Shown: positions 1 through 8,965 of the stretch, piece by piece
How the letters are laid out: every line of letters starts with the position of its first letter
Position numbering within the stretch: position 1 is the stretch's first letter
NCBI GenBank assembly: GCA_040384765.1
Contig: JAZKIQ010000005.1
Span: 64,490-87,547 of the forward strand
DNA: 23,058 bases
Source of the DNA: Patescibacteria group bacterium
Lineage (GTDB): Bacteria; Patescibacteriota; Minisyncoccia; Phycocordibacterales; JBBUBG01
Direction of reading: 5' to 3'
The notes under the pieces: generated by a model
What the model was told of the DNA's origin: nothing
Database searches by the model: none
The model's input: only the letters and a program-made list of their open reading frames with translations
Made by a program: the position numbers and the translations under genes

Positions 1-543
1 ATATCAGCGCAAGGAATGCCAGCAAAAAACTGGGTTATTTTTCCCGAGAAGATCCGAGGGAAGTATGCGGTGCTCCAAAGCGTCGTTCCCTCCATCGAGA
101 TCTCGTATGTAAACGATCTCGATAGCATCATGAAACCACTTGCAAGCGCTCGGCATATGGGCCCCCAGCCTGGAAGGGCCGAGTACTGGGACACCTCGAT
201 GCGAGGAGCAGGTGCGCCTCCGATAAAGACAGATCGAGGCTGGCTCCTTCTGTATCACGCGATGGACAAGCGTGACCCGAACAGATACAAGCTGGGTGCG
301 ATGCTTCTTGATCTCACCGATCCCACCAGAATTTTGTACCGTTCCCCAAGTCCGATTCTTGAGCCCGAGATGCCATACGAAAATGATGGGAAGCCCGGTG
401 TCGTGTATGCATCAGGCACAGCAGTTATCGAGGGCATCCTATACGTCTACTATGGTGGAGGCGATAAGCATGTGTGTGTTGCCGAAACAAATCTCCGTGC
501 GCTTCTCGACTGGCTTACTACCTATGGAAAAGTAGAGGTATAA
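1..543 (+). CDS. GH130-family glycosidase/phosphorylase, C-terminal part (5'-truncated by window edge)
   Basis: Frame is open from base 1. Motifs KNWVIFPEKI, GAGAPPIKT..GWLLLYH, YKLGAMLLDLTDP, PILEPE..YE..G..PGVVY..G, YVYYGGGD are typical of GH130 beta-propellers. Confidence 0.85.
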   Translation: MSAQGMPAKNWVIFPEKIRGKYAVLQSVVPSIEISYVNDLDSIMKPLASARHMGPQPGRAEYWDTSMRGAGAPPIKTDRGWLLLYHAMDKRDPNRYKLGAMLLDLTDPTRILYRSPSPILEPEMPYENDGKPGVVYASGTAVIEGILYVYYGGGDKHVCVAETNLRALLDWLTTYGKVEV

Positions 544-558
544 CAAAACTGATAACCA

Positions 559-2451
559 ATGTTCACAGTCACCCGCAGCGAAAATAATCCAATCCTCTCA
601 CCCGACCGCGAGCATCCCTGGGAGGCAGCAGCGTCATTCAACTGGAGTCCTGTTAAACACGGCAAAGAGCTGCTCGTGGCATACCGCGCACTCTCGGAGC
701 GAGAGCTGCTCGAAGAACCCAAGATCCATCGCTCTATTATTGCTCGCGCAAAAGTTGAAAAAAGTGGAAAGGTGGTAGATCGCGCACCACTCATCGTACC
801 CATGGAACCGTGGGAAAAATTTGGCTGCGAAGATCCGCGAGTGACGAAGCTCGGGGATAGTTTCTATATTTTTTATACCGCAATCGGCAGCTACCCTTTT
901 TCTGCCGATGGGATCAAAGTCGCCGTGGCAAAAAGCTCTGATATGAAAACAATCGACGAGCGCCACCTCGTGACACCTTTCAACGCAAAAGCGATGGCGC
1001 TTTTTCCTGAAAAAATACGCGGGAAATATGCGGCGCTAGTAACACTCGATACCGACCACCCTCCTTCAAATATCGCATATGTGGAGTGCGACAAAATAGA
1101 GGACCTCTGGTCTCCTGCGTTTTGGAAAACATGGAACCGCGAAGCAAATATCATTAACTTTCACCGTCTTCCAGACGACCATATCGAGCTCGGCGGAGCG
1201 CCCATTGAGACCCCCGAAGGATGGCTCATTCTCTACTCCCACATCAATCACTATCCCACAGAGGATCGGCGCACGTTTGGGATAGAGGCTGTGCTCCTTG
1301 ACCGACGCAATCCACGCATGATCATTGGTAGGACGAAAGGTGCATTTCTTGTGCCGGAAACGTATTACGAAACAACCGGCATGGTCCCCAACGTCGTCTT
1401 CCCAAGCGGTGGGATGGTAGAAGGGGCCTATCTTGATATCTACTATGGCGCAGCAGACACGCACGGAGCTACTGCTCGTATCAGGCTCACCGATCTCCTG
1501 CGCAGCATGCTGCCAACGGCCCCAAAGCTTCTTGCCCGATTCCCAGGCAACCCAATCTTGGCGCCGCGCCCAGGGGTGGCATGGGAAGCCCATGGCGTAT
1601 TCAACGCCGCTGCACTGCGACTAGACGACACGACACACCTCTTCTATCGCGCAATGGGAGATGATGACACCTCGACGATCGGGCACGCTACCACTCGCGA
1701 TGGCTACGTCATCGACGAGCGCTCTCCAAAACCTGTCTATGTGCCACGTGCAGATTTTGAAACAAAGCATCATCCTGGGAACTCCGGCTGCGAGGATCCA
1801 CGACTTGTCGAACTTGATGGAAAGATCGTGATGGCGTACACCGCATACGATGGAGAGGTGCCGCGCGTGGCCGTCACAAGCATCAGTACCGACGACTTCA
1901 AAAACGAGCGCTGGGATGCCTGGGCAATGCCAGTAGTCATCACCCCACCCGATGTTCCCGACAAAGACGCCTGCATCATTCCCGAAAAGACAGAGCACGG
2001 CTATGTATTCTTGCACCGCATCGACACCTCAATCTGCGCCGACATTCTCCCCACTTCCGATTTCACGAAGGAAAAAGTGCGACGCTGCATAGAGCTCTTT
2101 TCTCCACGGCTCGGCATGTGGGACGGAAGTAAGGTTGGTATTTCAGGCCCACCGATCAAAACCAAAAAGGGCTGGCTTCTTTTCTATCATGGTGTTTCGG
2201 AAACACGCACCTATCGCATGGGGGCAGTGCTCCTTGATCTTAAAGACCCTACCGTACTCCTTGCACGCACGGCAGTACCGCTTCTTGAACCGCTCGAAGA
2301 CTATGAGTTAAAAGGCGTGGTGCCCAAAGTGGTATTTCCCTGCGGAAATGTTCTCGAGGATGACATGATATATATCTACTACGGCTGCACCGACTTCACG
2401 ACGGCCGTTGCAACAGCCAGTCTGAAAGAAATTCTCGCAATCCTTACTTAG
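559..2451 (+). CDS. Tandem two-domain GH130-family glycosidase/phosphorylase (630 aa)
   Basis: The GH130 motif set occurs twice: NPIL.P...WEA...FN, GCEDPR, FPEKI/IPEK, PI.T..GWL..Y, YE..G.VP.VVFP.G, IYYG..D. Confidence 0.9.
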   Translation: MFTVTRSENNPILSPDREHPWEAAASFNWSPVKHGKELLVAYRALSERELLEEPKIHRSIIARAKVEKSGKVVDRAPLIVPMEPWEKFGCEDPRVTKLGDSFYIFYTAIGSYPFSADGIKVAVAKSSDMKTIDERHLVTPFNAKAMALFPEKIRGKYAALVTLDTDHPPSNIAYVECDKIEDLWSPAFWKTWNREANIINFHRLPDDHIELGGAPIETPEGWLILYSHINHYPTEDRRTFGIEAVLLDRRNPRMIIGRTKGAFLVPETYYETTGMVPNVVFPSGGMVEGAYLDIYYGAADTHGATARIRLTDLLRSMLPTAPKLLARFPGNPILAPRPGVAWEAHGVFNAAALRLDDTTHLFYRAMGDDDTSTIGHATTRDGYVIDERSPKPVYVPRADFETKHHPGNSGCEDPRLVELDGKIVMAYTAYDGEVPRVAVTSISTDDFKNERWDAWAMPVVITPPDVPDKDACIIPEKTEHGYVFLHRIDTSICADILPTSDFTKEKVRRCIELFSPRLGMWDGSKVGISGPPIKTKKGWLLFYHGVSETRTYRMGAVLLDLKDPTVLLARTAVPLLEPLEDYELKGVVPKVVFPCGNVLEDDMIYIYYGCTDFTTAVATASLKEILAILT

Positions 2452-2469
2452 AGTACCTACTGCACCGTT

Positions 2470-3228
2470 ATGAACGACTACCGATCAAAAAAGCTATTTA
2501 TCTTCGACCTCGACGGGACACTCGCCCTTTCAAAATCGCCGATTGATGACGAGATGTCTACCCTCCTCCGAAAACTGCTCGACACAAAAAAGGTGCTGGT
2601 GCTCTCGGGTGGCGCATGGCAACAGCTCCAAACACAGCTGGTGAGTCATCTTACTGCAAGCGCAGATGAGCTCGCCAATCTTACAATCGCCACAGGCAGT
2701 GGCTCTGCCATGTATCGCTTCGAAAATAGTACTCCGCTCGCAATCTACCAAGAGTTAATTTCAGAACCCCTCAAAAAAAAGGTGTTTGAAGCTTTTGAAT
2801 ACGCGACTACACACAGTGAGTATCTGCCTCCGGAGGAAACTTTTGGAGGAATCCTCGAGGACCGTGGAACGGAAATTACTTTTTCAGCGCTCGGTCAGGA
2901 TGCACCCCTTTCACTCAAGGAAACATGGGACCCAGATCATACGAAACGCACCGAGATTATTAAGCAGCTCCTCGAGAAGATTCCCGAGCTTGAAATACGC
3001 ATCGGAGGAACAACCTCCATCGATGTCACCAAAAAAGGTATCGATAAAGCGTTTGGTATCCAAAAAGCGTCCGAGATCCTAGGTATCTCAACAGACGGAA
3101 TGGTGTACATTGGCGACGCTCTTTTCCCTGGTGGCAACGATGAGCCAGTCCGAAAAACAGGAGTGGAGTGCGTAGAGGTGCGAACGGTCGAAGATACCAA
3201 AACGTTCATTCGATCTCTCGTCGAGTAG
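2470..3228 (+). CDS. HAD-superfamily IIB hydrolase, phosphomannomutase-like
   Basis: Motif I FDLDGTL, SGG, EDRGTEITFSALG, GGTTSIDVT..GIDK, YIGDALFPGGND match PMM-like HAD enzymes. Confidence 0.85.
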   Translation: MNDYRSKKLFIFDLDGTLALSKSPIDDEMSTLLRKLLDTKKVLVLSGGAWQQLQTQLVSHLTASADELANLTIATGSGSAMYRFENSTPLAIYQELISEPLKKKVFEAFEYATTHSEYLPPEETFGGILEDRGTEITFSALGQDAPLSLKETWDPDHTKRTEIIKQLLEKIPELEIRIGGTTSIDVTKKGIDKAFGIQKASEILGISTDGMVYIGDALFPGGNDEPVRKTGVECVEVRTVEDTKTFIRSLVE

Positions 3229-3237
3229 CCCATATAC

Positions 3238-3273
3238 AAAAGAAGGCGTCTCGTTTGTCACGAGACGCCTTTT
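3238..3273. terminator. Bidirectional intrinsic terminator
   Basis: 12-bp stem AAGGCGTCTCGT/ACGAGACGCCTT between convergent genes, with A- and T-rich flanks. Confidence 0.75.
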
Positions 3274-3295
3274 GGTCGAACCGAGCCGCCTTCTA

Positions 3296-3550
3296 CTAGA
3301 CGTTCGCGGGAAGCCCGGGGCGGGGCGGCATAGGCGTTTCCTTGCGCGCCGCGACCTCCCTGAGGATCGCAACGATCTGCGCGCTGAAAACCCTCTGCAT
3401 CCCTGTCGGCAACCGGGCAAACCCCCGAAGCTCCTCATGTGTAGCGCCCGCTTCGAGCAGGATGCGCGCGAACTCGCGCTCGATGCACGCAGGCCGCTGC
3501 TCGTTTGCAGCAACCTCGTTCACCAAGTGCAGTGCCAGCAAGTCCCTCAT
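3296..3550 (-). CDS. Hypothetical protein (84 aa)
   Basis: SD-like GAAGGGAG before ATG, sigma70-like promoter upstream, terminator downstream. Confidence 0.55.
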   Translation of the reverse strand: MRDLLALHLVNEVAANEQRPACIEREFARILLEAGATHEELRGFARLPTGMQRVFSAQIVAILREVAARKETPMPPRPGLPANV

Positions 3551-3626
3551 CTTCAGTTTCTCCCTTCAAATAATAGCCGTACCGTTGTGGATCGGCATAC
3601 TATCTGACAAAATCTTCCGTACCCGC

Positions 3627-3655
3627 ACAATACTGAGTAAGTGCAATTTCGTCAA
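3627..3655 (-). promoter_or_regulatory. Sigma70-type promoter for 3296-3550
   Basis: TTGACG-17 nt-TATTGT on the minus strand. Confidence 0.55.
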
Positions 3656-3672
3656 GTAGTGGTTGCTGTAAG

Positions 3673-3700
3673 AAAAAAACCGGCCCTCACATGAGCCGGT
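3673..3700 (-). terminator. Intrinsic terminator after 3720-3956
   Basis: ACCGGC...GCCGGT stem followed by a T run on the minus strand. Confidence 0.6.
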
Positions 3701-3719
3701 CTCCACCCCTCCACCCTAT

Positions 3720-3956
3720 TCAGGGAGCGATATACGCAAAATAGAACAAGGCACCGAGAACCCACAGAACAAACCTCTGTGCCATGGAGACAACAACACG
3801 TGACCAGCGCCGATTGCGACGCTCCTTCCGAGCCTGCTCTACCCGCTCCAACTCTTCGTCTGTCGGCACATATCCTCGGCACGACGGAGAGCACGGCTCG
3901 TCATCGTGATCGTAGAGCATGCAGTCGTCTTCATTCCACGGATCGATTCCTCCCAC
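3720..3956 (-). CDS. Small hypothetical protein with C-terminal transmembrane helix (78 aa)
   Basis: SD GAGGTG before GTG. Acidic Cys-containing N-terminus, hydrophobic C-terminus, terminator downstream. Confidence 0.5.
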   Translation of the reverse strand: MGGIDPWNEDDCMLYDHDDEPCSPSCRGYVPTDEELERVEQARKERRNRRWSRVVVSMAQRFVLWVLGALFYFAYIAP

Positions 3957-4081
3957 AAATCACCTCTTTCCTTCCAATCTGACTCTGCTCGAAAAGAAGA
4001 TATTTGTCCAGAATACCTCCAAAATCTCTTTCTTTTACGAAAGAGATTTTGGAGTTTTACGACGAGAGCGGATGAGAAAAA

Positions 4082-4144
4082 CTATTTCTTATCCTTCTTC
4101 TTCGCCTTCTTTTTTTCTTTTCGGTGTCCGTCTCCTTTTGCCAT
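4082..4144 (-). CDS. Lysine-rich 20-aa peptide MAKGDGHRKEKKKAKKKDKK
   Basis: Translated by hand. TATACT (4151-4156) lies 6 nt before the ATG, the leaderless geometry seen at other genes in the window. Confidence 0.55.
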   Translation of the reverse strand: MAKGDGHRKEKKKAKKKDKK

Positions 4145-4174
4145 ACAGGAAGTATACCTTATTGCACTCTCCAC

Positions 4175-4183
4175 TTATCCACA
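4175..4183 (+). promoter_or_regulatory. DnaA-box consensus
   Basis: Perfect TTATCCACA in intergenic DNA. Confidence 0.45.
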
Positions 4184-4184
4184 A

Positions 4185-4222
4185 AAAACAGAAGCCGCCC
4201 CTACAGGGGCGGCTTCTGTTTT
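4185..4222. terminator. Intrinsic terminator downstream of 4245-4919
   Basis: Inverted repeat AAAACAGAAGCCGCCCCT/AGGGGCGGCTTCTGTTTT. Confidence 0.8.
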
Positions 4223-4244
4223 AAAACCTATCTAACTGGACCTC

Positions 4245-4919
4245 CTACTGCGTCTTGAACGAAGAAGGATTTGTTGACCAGCTAAAGTTTCCCTGGGCAT
4301 CAAGCGACTCGACTACATAGAAGTAGGTCGTGTTCGACTGAAGATTTCCGATCAGCACGCTCTGAGCATTAGCAAATACTGCAGTGTTGGTTACACTTGC
4401 GGCTGTCTGATAGTTAAAGGGCCATACCGTGCTGTACATCACGCGAGGAGTTGCGGCCATGTTCGAGTTCCATGTGATCGTTGCAGAATTTACCGTAGGA
4501 GTAGCGACTATGCCCGAGAGGGTCGGCTGCTGGGGACCATAGTTTGTTCTCTTGCCTGCTCCTTCAGTTGTGTCCGTGTTCACCACTGGATTTCCCATCT
4601 GAGCGTTGATCGCGACAAGCGTGATTGGACCTACGCGGCCAACAGCTGAAATACCGTTGCGTACCTGGAAGTTGGAAACGGCTGATTTTGTGAGATACCC
4701 AAAATAGCTCGTTACCAATCCTTGAGGATAGATACTCGCATCCTTTGCGAGAAATGACTGAAGTGTACCTACATCGCTACCAGACATACCAAACTGGAGC
4801 TGACGAGTAAGCATTTCGGCATAAGCCGATCCGCCCATAGAAAGCACGAGGGCAATTGCGAGACCTGTTCCAAAGAAAGCTCTAACTCGGCCCATAGTCG
4901 AGGGTTGTGTGTGCGTCAT
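4245..4919 (-). CDS. Secreted protein with peptidoglycan-binding domain and C-terminal FN3-like domain
   Basis: Signal peptide (..SAYA). PG_binding_1-like LQFGMSGSDV..LQSFL...YFG.LTKSAV..FQ...GI..VG.VGPIT. FN3-like SATITW..N...L..NTTYFYVVES.D..GN. Confidence 0.8.
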   Translation of the reverse strand: MTHTQPSTMGRVRAFFGTGLAIALVLSMGGSAYAEMLTRQLQFGMSGSDVGTLQSFLAKDASIYPQGLVTSYFGYLTKSAVSNFQVRNGISAVGRVGPITLVAINAQMGNPVVNTDTTEGAGKRTNYGPQQPTLSGIVATPTVNSATITWNSNMAATPRVMYSTVWPFNYQTAASVTNTAVFANAQSVLIGNLQSNTTYFYVVESLDAQGNFSWSTNPSSFKTQ

Positions 4920-5218
4920 ATTTTATTTTTTAGACTGAGAAGTAAACCTCGGCGCCCGTTCTCGTTGAGTTCAGCACTCCTTGCGAAACGGGACGATGTC
5001 TAAAGTACACTCTCTAGCTCGTGACGCCCCACTGTGGGTTAAGTGACTTAAACAGTCGACTTTAGGGCGTAAGCTGATATGTACCGTTTATTAGATACCC
5101 TTGAGTAGACGTAGTATACCCTATATCTTGACAAAACAATAGTTGAATTGTTTTATGACACAACTCATCGGTTACGCCTAATCGCGACGAGTACTGAAAA
5201 AAGTTATTTTTTCGGATT

Positions 5219-6034
5219 TTAAAAGTCACACTTCGTAAACACCTCCTGATTAGTGAGATCGAACGACTGGGGGTTTATTGTAAATTCGGAAAGCATTGAC
5301 TGAAGCGGGACGTGCTCGTTGAGAGTGATCAGCTTACTGTTGAGCGCTAGCACCGCCTGATACTTATTCGCATCGAACGGCAAAAGCTTGTTGACCACTT
5401 TTCTCGCCCTTACCGGGCCGATACCCGGAACTCCTTGAATATTATCGGCAGTATCCCCCATGAGCGACTTATAAAATACATACTCACTCGGTAGCACGCC
5501 AACTTTTTGCACAACGTAGCTCTCATCAATGATATCCACCTCACCTTGGGTCTTCAGTTTCAAGATAGAAACACCCTCACGCACAAGCTGGAAGAAATCA
5601 GTATCCCAGGAGACAATGTAGCATTCCCCTTTCGCTTCGGTAGAAAAGAGCCGTGCGAGAGATGCAACAACGTCATCAGCCTCGTAGTTTGGAACCTCGA
5701 GATACTTCACTCCAATAGTATCAAGCGCTTTCTGCACACGGGGAATATGCTTATACGGAGACTCTTCTTCGTCCGTAAACGATCTCCTGTTCGCCTTATA
5801 CGCAGGCGAAAGCTCACTATTTGCATTAGGAGTATCAGTATCAAACACGACGACGAGTCGGTCGCTTTTGGTAAATCCTGGCGCAGCTGCCACCGCACTA
5901 CGAAGCAACTTCAGATACATGGTCACCACATGAAGCGGGGTGCCTTTTCTTGAGTGAAAAGAGAACGGAACAGAGTACGCCCGCCAGAGGAAGTTGTGGC
6001 CGTCTATGATAACCAGTTTTGGGTTGCTATTCAC
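5219..6034 (-). CDS. Stand-alone 5'-3' exonuclease / flap endonuclease (PolA N-terminal-like)
   Basis: IIDGHN, VVFD, YKANR, YEADDV, S.D.D..QL and H3TH motif MGDTADNIQGVPGIGP. No polymerase domain. Confidence 0.88.
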   Translation of the reverse strand: MNSNPKLVIIDGHNFLWRAYSVPFSFHSRKGTPLHVVTMYLKLLRSAVAAAPGFTKSDRLVVVFDTDTPNANSELSPAYKANRRSFTDEEESPYKHIPRVQKALDTIGVKYLEVPNYEADDVVASLARLFSTEAKGECYIVSWDTDFFQLVREGVSILKLKTQGEVDIIDESYVVQKVGVLPSEYVFYKSLMGDTADNIQGVPGIGPVRARKVVNKLLPFDANKYQAVLALNSKLITLNEHVPLQSMLSEFTINPQSFDLTNQEVFTKCDF

Positions 6035-6064
6035 TACACGCGAAGTGTAGCAAAAGGCTGTTGG

Positions 6065-6098
6065 AAAAAGAAAAGCCAGTACTCTTTCGAGTACTGGC
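6065..6098 (-). terminator. Intrinsic terminator after 6129-7247
   Basis: GCCAGTACTC/GAGTACTGGC stem followed by TTTTCTTTTT on the minus strand. Confidence 0.75.
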
Positions 6099-6128
6099 GG
6101 AAAATCAAAACAACAACTGGCGTGCTTC

Positions 6129-7247
6129 CTAGGAGGAACGCATCATGCCGCGGCACGAGGCAGCGAACGCCTTGTGCTCGAGCTCCTCGATCCTACGCGC
6201 GATGCTTTCGCAGTCGACCTGCGCAAAGGAGACGACCTCGGCATGCTCCGCTTCGAGGCGAGCGAGCTCAACCCCGAGCCGTTCGATCTCGGCGCGGACA
6301 TCCACGATCCGCTCCTCGAGACCGGCGAGCTTTGCCCCATGCTCCTTCCCCTTCAGCCGAACATCGGCGAGCTCGAAGCACCAGTCGAGGTAGTTGTCGA
6401 GAGAACCCGCGAACATTTTGGTATCCGGCGGGATCACCTTCGACGTGAAGAAGTACCGGCTGCCGACCTTGCGCACCCACCCAGCCTTCTCAAAGGCCGC
6501 AATGCAGAACTCGTCGCCGAGAACCTTTCGGAGGAACCCGTTGACCTTCTTCTCCCCCTGCTTCTTGCCAGGGTGAGCGTGCCTTTCGATCTCCTTGCGG
6601 ATCTCGGGCGCGGGCGTCAAGACCGCCCACCAGAACGAGTCTCTCACCCCCTGAGCGAGATCAGCAGCGCAAACACCCTCCTTGGTGTTTTTCTTGAACG
6701 TCGCCTCGTCCGTCTGCTTCTCCTTGAGCGAGAGCCGCGCAAGGGTGCCGATACCGAAAAGCGAGTTCTCGAGGGACCTCTGAAACACCTCCCGCGTGTA
6801 GTCGACTGGCCCGAGCGTCTTTGGGACACTGGGGTTCGACCTTACGCTGGTATCGAACTCCCCGATCTGGAGCAGCGACATCACCTGCGTCGTAGCGGGC
6901 GCCGCCTCTGCAGCAAGGGCTACAACGAGGAGCTTGTAGTAGGAAGGTGCGGAGAGCTCCTTCGGAACGTAGAGCCACGCAGCAACCGGCGCTTGCGAAT
7001 CTTTGGCGAGCAGCGCCAAACCGATGTGGGTCTCACGTTCGGCCGGCGAGCTACCCACCGCCATCTGCGCACCCTTCGCAAGCCGGTAGTCGAGGTCACC
7101 TCCGATCACGACCCTAAAGGTACCGGCAATGCCGACCTTCGCGAGGAAGCCGAGGACGATCTTTTCGTACTCGACCGCCTTCGCAATGGTGATAGCCCGT
7201 GCCTGGTTGCTGAATGCAACTTCGATCCACAACACTTTCGGGTACAT
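6129..7247 (-). CDS. Hypothetical protein with C-terminal coiled coil (372 aa)
   Basis: Strong SD AAGGAGG before ATG, GC3-rich codons, own terminator. No family recognised. Confidence 0.7.
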   Translation of the reverse strand: MYPKVLWIEVAFSNQARAITIAKAVEYEKIVLGFLAKVGIAGTFRVVIGGDLDYRLAKGAQMAVGSSPAERETHIGLALLAKDSQAPVAAWLYVPKELSAPSYYKLLVVALAAEAAPATTQVMSLLQIGEFDTSVRSNPSVPKTLGPVDYTREVFQRSLENSLFGIGTLARLSLKEKQTDEATFKKNTKEGVCAADLAQGVRDSFWWAVLTPAPEIRKEIERHAHPGKKQGEKKVNGFLRKVLGDEFCIAAFEKAGWVRKVGSRYFFTSKVIPPDTKMFAGSLDNYLDWCFELADVRLKGKEHGAKLAGLEERIVDVRAEIERLGVELARLEAEHAEVVSFAQVDCESIARRIEELEHKAFAASCRGMMRSS

Positions 7248-7314
7248 CTTGAGCCTCCTTGGGCTTCAACACTACCTAAGGTCTACTACTCTTTTTACAA
7301 TAATTTTCAATAAA

Positions 7315-7397
7315 GTCAATCCCGTTAGAGCGAGGCCGCCTCTAGGCGGCCGAAACCGCTGCCCATACTTGGGCAAGGCATGCTCTAACGGGGTCAA
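7315..7397. repeat. Short palindromic MITE/REP-like element
   Basis: 11-bp terminal inverted repeat CCCGTTAGAGC (7321-7331)/GCTCTAACGGG (7382-7392), two internal hairpins, GTCAA on both sides. Confidence 0.6.
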
Positions 7398-8855
7398 CTA
7401 CTTCCCAAGATCAAGTGTTTCGTCGATACGCACCTTTTCGACAAACTCCGGCACGTGGGATACAAGGATCATCGCTCCCTGATATTTTCCAAGCGCCTCA
7501 GCAATTACTGGCAGGTGGCGAAAGTTGATATGGTTGGTCGGCTCGTCGAGAATCAGAAGCCCCGGGCGCTCGAGCACGAGGCGAGCAAAAGCCACGAGTC
7601 CCTTCTGCCCTTCTGAAAGCGAGCCGATCTTTGTATGCATCACATCTGCAGTGATCAAAAATCCTGCAGCAACCTTGCGCATATCCTCCTCGATCTTGCG
7701 ATCCATGACAGCCATGAGCGAGTCGTGCACCGAGTCTTCAAAATTGAGTGTAGAAAAATCCTGTCGGTAGTAGCCCACGCGGATGTCGGGCGCGATCTTC
7801 ACTCCCTTGGCAGCCCCCGTTGCAATCGCTTCAAGAAGCGTGGTCTTGCCGATGCCATTTGGGCCACGCAGGAGGAGATGGCGGTTGCGGGAAAGCGAAA
7901 TCTTCGCGCTGTTATTGATTGGCTTGTGGCTTTTTGGATTGAGTGTTGTATACGAAGTGATGGCAATTCGCTCGCCCGAAAAATCTTCTTGCGAAGGAAT
8001 AGTAAACGGACGAATCGTCCTATCCTCGCGGCGCACATCCACTTTCTCTTCTTCCATCTCTTCTGCGAGGTCGCGCATGCGCTTTGCCACGAGGCGGAGG
8101 TTGCCACCTTTATGTGCAAAAAAGTTCGCTTTATCCTTTTTCTCCTGAATCTGTTTTGAAAGGAGCGCGTTTTTTGTATTCTCCTTTTCGATACGCGCCG
8201 ATATCTCAGCTACCACATCAAAATAGTTGCCTGCATACTGCTCCACTTTGTTCGTAAAAATATCGAGATAGAGCACGCCCTGTGTAAAGGCGTTTAAAAA
8301 CTGGGCATCGTGAGAGATAACGATGCACGTTTTTTTGTAGTTGACCAAAAATTTAGTGAGGTGGTCGATGCCCGCTGCGTCGAGGTTGTTTGTCGGCTCG
8401 TCGAGCAAAAGGAGGTCTGGGTCTTGGATGAGCGCTGATGCGAGGAGGAGGCGTGCCTGCTGGCCACCTGAGAAGCTCTGCACGATGCGATCGTGTGGTG
8501 CATGGAGGTTTACTACCTCAAGCACCTCATCGATGCGAGGGTCGATATCGTACACCTTCTGCTTGAAGCATTTGAGGAAAAAATCACGGATCGTGAGCTC
8601 GCGCTCGGCGCGAGGGATCACCTGGCGAGCCGTAGCGATGGTTACTCCATTCACGATATGCACGTCGCCCTCTTCTGGAGTGAATGCTCCGGTGAGCAAA
8701 CCAAAGATAGTGCTTTTTCCTGCACCATTCTGTCCCATGAGAGCCACCTTCATCCCCTGACGCACAGAAAAAGAGACGTCAATTAAGATCGGCTTGTTGG
8801 GTCCATATTCAAATGTCACTCCATCAAAACTAAGGAGTACGCCGTCTTTTGCCAT
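7398..8855 (-). CDS. ABC-F family ATP-binding protein (485 aa; start MAKDGV)
   Basis: Two ABC cassettes (GQNGAGKST/FSGGQ/LLLDEPTNNLD and GPNGIGKTT/LSEGQ/LILDEPTNH), helical linker, no TM segments. The track's upstream extension crosses a terminator and another gene. Confidence 0.92.
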   Translation of the reverse strand: MAKDGVLLSFDGVTFEYGPNKPILIDVSFSVRQGMKVALMGQNGAGKSTIFGLLTGAFTPEEGDVHIVNGVTIATARQVIPRAERELTIRDFFLKCFKQKVYDIDPRIDEVLEVVNLHAPHDRIVQSFSGGQQARLLLASALIQDPDLLLLDEPTNNLDAAGIDHLTKFLVNYKKTCIVISHDAQFLNAFTQGVLYLDIFTNKVEQYAGNYFDVVAEISARIEKENTKNALLSKQIQEKKDKANFFAHKGGNLRLVAKRMRDLAEEMEEEKVDVRREDRTIRPFTIPSQEDFSGERIAITSYTTLNPKSHKPINNSAKISLSRNRHLLLRGPNGIGKTTLLEAIATGAAKGVKIAPDIRVGYYRQDFSTLNFEDSVHDSLMAVMDRKIEEDMRKVAAGFLITADVMHTKIGSLSEGQKGLVAFARLVLERPGLLILDEPTNHINFRHLPVIAEALGKYQGAMILVSHVPEFVEKVRIDETLDLGK

Positions 8856-8965
8856 GACTTGACAATGTACCGTGTCCGCGATGTTTAGGCAAACAAAAAA
8901 ACCGCCCGTCACATTCATCATCTCTGATGTTTGCAACGGACGGCAAAACGCTCTCCCAAAGCCGG

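Noticed and set aside
4950-4996. Hairpin in the 5' region of the peptidoglycan-binding gene as a riboswitch
   Set aside because: An imperfect stem (CCCGTT...AACGGG) exists, but I could not match conserved c-di-AMP or c-di-GMP riboswitch motifs.
6174-7313. 379-aa plus-strand ORF
   Set aside because: Antisense shadow of the GC3-rich gene 6129-7247, which has the SD and terminator.
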